A DNA stretch of 64,000 nt, from assembly GCA_037446355.1 (NCBI GenBank), contig JBBIIT010000003.1, positions 22,751-86,750 on the forward strand, written 5' to 3'. Made by a program: the position numbers and the translations under genes. Positions 58,542 to 64,000 of this stretch are shown piece after piece (position 1 is the first letter of the stretch; each line of letters starts with the position of its first letter). Under the pieces are notes generated by a model that saw nothing but the letters and a program-made list of their open reading frames with translations, was not told where the DNA came from and searched no databases. This stretch comes from Beijerinckiaceae bacterium. GTDB taxonomy: Bacteria > Pseudomonadota > Alphaproteobacteria > Rhizobiales > Beijerinckiaceae.

Positions 58542-59132
58542 ATGAGCGCGGGAGCGTTGGTGCTGGCCCTGGCCGGACCGCCCGGCGCGGGCAAGTCGAC
58601 GCTGATGGATGAAATGCAAAGGCGTCACGCCGGTTCGCGTCTGGTGCATTACGACAAGCACCAGCCGCTGACGAAGCTCGACCCGAAGGAGGTGCAAGCC
58701 TGGTTCGCGCGCGGGGGCGATCCCAACGAGGTCGATCACGGCGAACTTGTCGTGGATCTTCGTCGCGAGATTTCGCGCGCAGCTAACGAATCGCTCGTGC
58801 TGTTCGAAACGCCGTTCGGCCGGCTTCATCGCGATTCCGGCGCTTTCATCGATTTTCTGGTTTGGATCGACACGCCGCTCGACGTCGCGCTTTCGCGCGC
58901 GATGCTAGCCTCCACCAAGACCGCACTAAGCGAGAACGGATCCCAGGCCCTGCGCGGATTCGTCGAATGGCAGTCGCAGTATCTTGCTCACTATCCCGCC
59001 GCGCGCCGAATGTATCAGGCGCAGCGTGAGCGGATCGCGCCCGGCGCCGATCTCGTTCTCGACGGGGCGGATTCGCCATCGGCTTGGGCGACGGCGATCG
59101 AGGACGCGCTCGGCGCGCAAAAGGCGAGGTGA
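58542..59132 (+). CDS. P-loop kinase (uridine/adenylate kinase-like fold)
   Basis: LAGPPGAGKST, VLFETPFG and WIDTPLDVALSR. Confidence 0.75.
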   Translation: MSAGALVLALAGPPGAGKSTLMDEMQRRHAGSRLVHYDKHQPLTKLDPKEVQAWFARGGDPNEVDHGELVVDLRREISRAANESLVLFETPFGRLHRDSGAFIDFLVWIDTPLDVALSRAMLASTKTALSENGSQALRGFVEWQSQYLAHYPAARRMYQAQRERIAPGADLVLDGADSPSAWATAIEDALGAQKAR

Positions 59133-59157
59133 TCCGCGCTCGCAAGGCCGATCTGGG

Positions 59158-59187
59158 CTTGACGCTCCGATGCCATAACAACTACGT
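59158..59187 (+). promoter_or_regulatory. Possible sigma-70 promoter of the beta-helix gene
   Basis: CTTGAC-N18-CTACGT resembles the alphaproteobacterial CTTGAC...CTATAT consensus; imperfect match. Confidence 0.3.
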
Positions 59188-59266
59188 TTGTTCTGTTCCC
59201 TTCGTACGTTTCCGCGACATTCGTTTCGAATAGCCAAGAAGAGTCGTCGACCCTCTGGAGATCGCC

Positions 59267-60241
59267 ATGCGCAAGAAGCCGTTTTTGATGTTGTCGATAC
59301 TGACGGTCGCGCTGGCGGGAGTATCCGCGTCGGCGAGCGCAACCGGTCTCACCAAAGCTTGGGTGTCGAGCGCCGGCGCCAACGGTTCCGGCTGCGGACC
59401 GATCGCGACGCCCTGCCGAACGATCGCCGGCGCGCTCGCCATCCTCGCGCCGGGAGGAGAGATCGACATCCACGATCCTGGCGCCTATGGTCCCGGTCCG
59501 ATCGTCATCAATCAGGCGGTCAGCATCGTCAACGATGGAGTCGGCGTCGCCGGCGTGCAGGCGGGGTCCGGCAACAACGCCTTCACGATCAGCGTCGGCG
59601 CGGCGGACACGGTCGTGATCCGCGGCCTCACAATCGATGGCGGCGGCGTCGGCAGCAACGGCATCGAGTTTGACGGCGGCGGCGGGCTTACCGTCGCCAA
59701 TTGCGTGATCCGACATTTCGCCAATACCGGTTCGAACAACGGCAACGGCATATTGTTGGCGCCGACGGTCGGGACAACCTCGGTGCTGGTGTCGAATGCG
59801 ATGATCGCCGATAATGGGCTCGCGGGCGTATATTATGATGCGCCCTCGGGGAGCAACACCTTGAACGCCGCGTTCGATCGCGTGATCGTTCAGAACAACA
59901 ACAACGGATTGGCGTTCGAGACGGCGGGCGGCGTCGCCGCGTTCAACGCGTCCGTTTCCGAAAGCATCGTGCGAAACAACAGCGGCTTCGGTCTGTTTCA
60001 GGACACCAACCCAAGCGCGATTTCGCAGGTCGTCGTGGACAGTTCTTATTTCCTGGGCAACCAGACCGCGGGCATTCAGGTGCAGGGGCAGACTTTGTGG
60101 CTGGGCCGATCTGTTGTGCAGCAAAACGGGATCGTCGGCGTTCGCAATCTGGGCGGCACGATAAATTCCTACCAAGACAACAAGATCAACGGCAACGGCA
60201 CGGACACCGTCGGAACGATCAGCACGGCGAGCAATCACTAG
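59267..60241 (+). CDS. Secreted right-handed parallel beta-helix protein
   Basis: Signal peptide; WVSSAG...GCGPIATPCRTIAGA, VVIRGLTIDG and repeated NNxxG turns; GGAG RBS. Confidence 0.8.
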   Translation: MRKKPFLMLSILTVALAGVSASASATGLTKAWVSSAGANGSGCGPIATPCRTIAGALAILAPGGEIDIHDPGAYGPGPIVINQAVSIVNDGVGVAGVQAGSGNNAFTISVGAADTVVIRGLTIDGGGVGSNGIEFDGGGGLTVANCVIRHFANTGSNNGNGILLAPTVGTTSVLVSNAMIADNGLAGVYYDAPSGSNTLNAAFDRVIVQNNNNGLAFETAGGVAAFNASVSESIVRNNSGFGLFQDTNPSAISQVVVDSSYFLGNQTAGIQVQGQTLWLGRSVVQQNGIVGVRNLGGTINSYQDNKINGNGTDTVGTISTASNH

Positions 60242-60315
60242 TCCCCGGAATTCGCTACCGATCCGCAGGCCCGCGGCTTGGCGGCGCGATCGCGGGGATG
60301 GGACGCTCGGGCACG

Positions 60316-61443
60316 CTATTGTCGTTTGGCCATAACGGTAGAGCAGAAATCGTCGAAATCCGCGGAGATCCGGCTGATATCGAATCGGTCGCGAACGCGC
60401 GCGGCCCCCTTGAACGCGAGCCGGCGGCGCAAAGTCTCTTCGCTGATCAATACTTGTAGCGATTCGGCGATCGCGGCCGCGGATACTTCGGGCAGGAACA
60501 GCGCCGCCTCACCGCTGATTTCGCGCAATCCGCCGGACCCGGACGAAATGACCGCGGCGCCGCCCGCGTGCGCTTCGAGGCAAGTGCGGCCAAAGGGTTC
60601 GCGCCATTTCGACGGCACGAGAGCGATCGCGGCCCGTTCGTTCAACAATTTGACGTCCGCGAAGGGGCGATTGACGAGCAGTCGCGCGCGATCGCCGAGC
60701 GGCGAAAGCGCGGCTCGCAGCGCGGCGAAATAGCGGGGATCGCGATCGGGCTCCGAAACAACCAAGGTCGCGGACCAGTCTGGTGACCTCGGCAAGACTG
60801 CGTTCAAAGCCTGGGCGGCGTCAACCAAGCCCTTTTCCTCGGTTGCGCGCCCGACTATCAGAATGAGATTCGCCCGCTGGGCCGCGGGCGTCCATTCGCG
60901 AAAGTCGACGCCGTTGGGCACAATGCGACGCGCGATTTCGACGTCCGGCCAGTCGCGCTCGAACTGGGTCATCACCGCGGAACTCACGAAGGTCATGCCG
61001 GCGAGCGTATTCATTTGCCGCTCGCGCCGGGCGGCCGAGATCGCCCCGAGCCAATTCGAGCGATTCGGGGTTCGCATGTAATTGTGCCGCTGGAGAACGA
61101 CGGGGCATCCCAGACGGCGAGCCACATCAGCGGCGGATGGCAAATGCTGTTGCACGACGACGAGAGCGGGCGATCGGCTCCGGGCCAAATCGGCGATCCA
61201 GCGTGAACGGCGCAAGGAATTGGCGATCCCATAGCGCGGCAATTGGTGGATATGTTCGGCAGCCAACGGCGACGCGCTCGCCTCCGCGACGACTTCGACC
61301 CTGAACCGGCTATGCGCGGCCACTTCGCTGACGAACAGATCGATCGAGGTCGCGGAGGCGACGTCATATCGCATCCCGCGCGGCAGAACGTGAAAAACGG
61401 TCGGTCGTTCGGTCCGCGTTTTTGCGGTTTGGGGATCGTTCAC
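60316..61443 (-). CDS. Glycosyltransferase family 4
   Basis: VPNGVD, ILIVGRATEEKG and EPFGRTCLEAHAGGAAVISSGSGGLRE (ExFGxxxLEA). Start uncertain (GTG 61443 or TTG 61488). Confidence 0.85.
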   Translation of the reverse strand: MNDPQTAKTRTERPTVFHVLPRGMRYDVASATSIDLFVSEVAAHSRFRVEVVAEASASPLAAEHIHQLPRYGIANSLRRSRWIADLARSRSPALVVVQQHLPSAADVARRLGCPVVLQRHNYMRTPNRSNWLGAISAARRERQMNTLAGMTFVSSAVMTQFERDWPDVEIARRIVPNGVDFREWTPAAQRANLILIVGRATEEKGLVDAAQALNAVLPRSPDWSATLVVSEPDRDPRYFAALRAALSPLGDRARLLVNRPFADVKLLNERAAIALVPSKWREPFGRTCLEAHAGGAAVISSGSGGLREISGEAALFLPEVSAAAIAESLQVLISEETLRRRLAFKGAARVRDRFDISRISADFDDFCSTVMAKRQ

Positions 61444-61737
61444 GCTTCGACCTGGTTTCGCGGAAGGTTCTGGGTTATTGAATTGCAAGACGCGGCGATT
61501 GCGGCAACAAGAAACTATCTGGCGCGGCGTGAACCGCGGCGCAACGGCAAATCGCCAGGGGGGCGCTCGCCCACCTCTCCGACGTGATTCGGTAGGGTTG
61601 GGTCTATTCCCTTCGCGCGGCGCCCGCGCGATATTCGACGAAATTCAACCCGGACCTTGGTTGCGCCGCGGTCGCAACGAGTCCTTTCCGCATCGCGAGC
61701 GATTCGACAAAATGGAACCGGCTCCTTGACCGATCCG

Positions 61738-62562
61738 ATGGCCCGAAAGGCGAAGCGGCTTTACGTCGGCCGATCGCTGCTGGCGCCGTTGGTGTCGTGG
61801 CGTTGGAATCGGTACGTTCGCGATTTCCATCGAGGGTGTCACGCCAGCGAACCCGTCGCGCGGGTTCTGCTGAAGCCGTTGCGAAGCTACGTTGATCGCC
61901 AATACCGACCACGACGACGTCTCGCATTGCTGCTGGAACATTACGATTGGTTCAAGCGAACTTTCTCCCCGAGTTTCCTCAAGTCGTTTTGCTCCAACGA
62001 AGAACTGGAAATCGTCGAGTTCGTCGGTCGAAAGGGCGCCACCTATAAATTATATCTCGCGGCCTCGGTTGTAGCGACGATGCAGCGCGAAGGCGAGATC
62101 TCCATTTACCTGGCCAAATCGCCACACGACACGAAGCTTTGTCGCTCCTCGGTGTGCTATTCGCGCGTACAGGGACGCGATGCGTTGGTTCTCGGCGGTC
62201 TCCAAGGGCCGCTCACGGCATACAAGCGCGAAGTTATCGACGCCACGCGCGATTTGAACGGCCTCAGGCCCAAAGATGCGGTGCTGCTGGCGGTTCGCGC
62301 TTTCGGTCAAGCGCTTGGCGTCGAAAGCCTGCACGCAGTCTGCGACGCTCATCACGTTCTCAACCGGCTACAGGACAAGAGCAAGCACGCGAATTACGAT
62401 TCCTACTGGCTCGAGCGCGGAGGCAAGCCGTGCGGGCCGTTCGGATTCGAGTTCGGGTCGCTCGCGCCGCTCGCATCGACTCTCGACAAGCGCGAAGCCC
62501 GCAAGATCGCTCTCATCAAAGGCGTCAACGCGTTCGTGAACAAATGGCGGCGCGTTGGCTGA
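61738..62562 (+). CDS. VirK/YbjX (DUF535) family protein
   Basis: LVLGGLQGP, ATRDLNGLRPK and NYDSYWLERGG. Confidence 0.75.
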   Translation: MARKAKRLYVGRSLLAPLVSWRWNRYVRDFHRGCHASEPVARVLLKPLRSYVDRQYRPRRRLALLLEHYDWFKRTFSPSFLKSFCSNEELEIVEFVGRKGATYKLYLAASVVATMQREGEISIYLAKSPHDTKLCRSSVCYSRVQGRDALVLGGLQGPLTAYKREVIDATRDLNGLRPKDAVLLAVRAFGQALGVESLHAVCDAHHVLNRLQDKSKHANYDSYWLERGGKPCGPFGFEFGSLAPLASTLDKREARKIALIKGVNAFVNKWRRVG

Positions 62563-62595
62563 ACCGCGCGCGCCGGTCGCGTGGTGCCGCCGCTC

Positions 62596-64000
62596 TTACA
62601 CGCCTCTGTCCTTCAGGGCCGACGCGATGTCGTCGAGCGCCGCGGGATCGTCGATCGTCGCCGGCATCGCCCAAGCGTCGTGATCTGCGATTTTTTTCAT
62701 CGTTCCGCGCAGGATCTTGCCCGAACGAGTCTTGGGGAGCCGCGGCACTACGAGCGCGAGTTTGAAGGCGGCGACGGGGCCGATTTTTTCGCGAACCAGC
62801 GCCACCACTTCCTTCTCGATCTCGGCGTGCGGACGATTGACGCCCGCCTTGAGAACAATAAATCCGCAAGGCTGCTCGCCCTTGATCTCGTCTTTCACGC
62901 CAAGCACCGCGCATTCGGCCACGTCGGGGTGACCCGCGACCACTTCCTCCATCCCGCCCGTTGACAGCCGATGCCCCGCGACATTGATGATGTCGTCGGT
63001 GCGGCCGAGGATAGTCAGATAACCGTCCTCGTCCTTGAAACCGGCGTCGGCGGTTTTGTAGTAGCCGGGAAATTCCTTGAGATAGCTCTCGCGCATACGC
63101 TCGTCCTGCCGATAGAGCGTCGGCAGGCAGCCCGGCGGCAACGGCAGTTTCACGACGATGGAGCCCATCGTTCCCGTGGGAACGGGATGGCAGGCCTCGT
63201 CGACGATGTCGACGATATAGCCCGGCATCGGCACGGTGGGCGAACCCCGTTTGATCGGCAGGAGCCCGAGGCCGACCGGATTGGCGACAATCGCCCAACC
63301 GGTCTCCGTCTGCCACCAATGATCGACGACGGGCAGTTTGAGCACGTCTTCCGCCCAGGCGACGGTATCGGGATCGGCGCGCTCGCCGGCCAGAAAAAGC
63401 GTCCGCAGACTGGCGAGGGAATAGGCTTTCAGCAGCGACGCCTGCGGGTCCTCCTTGCGAACGGCGCGCAGCGCAGTCGGCGCGGTAAAAAACGCCGCGA
63501 CTTTATATTCCTCGATCACCCGCCAGAAGGCGCCGGCGTCCGGCGTGCCGATCGGCTTGCCCTCGTAGAGGACGGTCGCGCAGCCGTGCAACAAGGGGCC
63601 ATAGACGATGTAGGAATGGCCGACGACCCAGCCGATGTCGGAGGCCGCCCAATAGGTCTCGCCCGGTCGAACTCCATAGAGGTTGGACATCGACCATTTC
63701 AACGCGACCAGATAGCCGCCGATGTCGCGCACCACGCCTTTGGGCACGCCGGTGGTACCGGAAGTGTAAAGAATATAGAGCGGATCGGTCGCCGCGAGTT
63801 CGCGGCAAGCGGATTGTTTGCCGGCGGTTTTCGCGGCGGCTGTCAATGTCGACCAATCGTAGTCACGTCCCGCGACCAGGCGGGCTTGAACCTGCGGTCG
63901 TTGTAGAACAAGACAGGCCTGCGGTTTGTGTTTGGAAAGCCCGATCGCCAGATCGAGCAGGGGCTTGTATTCGACGATCCGGCCGGGCTCGATGCCGCAG
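62596..64000 (-). CDS. prpE: Propionyl-CoA synthetase (5' end outside the window)
   Basis: CGIEPGRIVEYKPLLD, YILYTSGTTGVPKGVVRD, WAASDIGWVVGHSYIVYGPL, DHWWQTETGW, GRTDDIINVAGHRLS and PKTRSGKILR. Confidence 0.9.
   Translation of the reverse strand, partial: CGIEPGRIVEYKPLLDLAIGLSKHKPQACLVLQRPQVQARLVAGRDYDWSTLTAAAKTAGKQSACRELAATDPLYILYTSGTTGVPKGVVRDIGGYLVALKWSMSNLYGVRPGETYWAASDIGWVVGHSYIVYGPLLHGCATVLYEGKPIGTPDAGAFWRVIEEYKVAAFFTAPTALRAVRKEDPQASLLKAYSLASLRTLFLAGERADPDTVAWAEDVLKLPVVDHWWQTETGWAIVANPVGLGLLPIKRGSPTVPMPGYIVDIVDEACHPVPTGTMGSIVVKLPLPPGCLPTLYRQDERMRESYLKEFPGYYKTADAGFKDEDGYLTILGRTDDIINVAGHRLSTGGMEEVVAGHPDVAECAVLGVKDEIKGEQPCGFIVLKAGVNRPHAEIEKEVVALVREKIGPVAAFKLALVVPRLPKTRSGKILRGTMKKIADHDAWAMPATIDDPAALDDIASALKDRGV

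Noticed and set aside
1-64000. Mobile elements, tRNA and rRNA genes
   Set aside because: No transposase, integrase, terminal inverted repeats or structural RNA signatures were recognised by eye; tRNAscan-SE and ISEScan were not run.

Overview
GC-rich alphaproteobacterial DNA, probably Hyphomicrobiales (inferred from the Omp25-like barrels, PrpE and the beta-helix protein). Left edge (1-4134): a ureide/s-triazine nitrogen-salvage operon (ABC ATPase, TrtA-like triuret hydrolase, AtzG/AtzE/AtzH-like genes) ending in a deletion scar that fuses two pseudogenes. Core (about 4437-59132): an approximately 55 kb locus built around one 33.7 kb ORF, encoding an 11,232-aa LEPRxLL-leader, beta-repeat/RTX giant protein. 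It comes with (i) an atypical export module: DUF3467, GAF-HlyD, a PqqD-like/M50 peptidase/HlyD fusion, a C-terminally truncated SecA paralogue, a third membrane-fusion protein and SapC, with no ABC transporter or TolC in the window; and (ii) an interleaved set of 11 putative tailoring enzymes: two B12-radical SAM paralogues, a third radical SAM, a flavin halogenase, two methyltransferases, two 2OG-Fe(II) oxygenases, a protein resembling cyanobactin F-family peptide prenyltransferases, a second predicted barrel protein and a P-loop kinase. No small precursor peptide is visible. The main hypothesis (inference) is a RiPP-like system that post-translationally modifies a giant surface protein and exports it by a SecA-driven route. 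Right edge: beta-helix protein, GT4 glycosyltransferase, VirK/YbjX protein and partial prpE. No rRNA, tRNA, CRISPR array or IS element was recognised. All family assignments come from motif reading and memory, not database searches.
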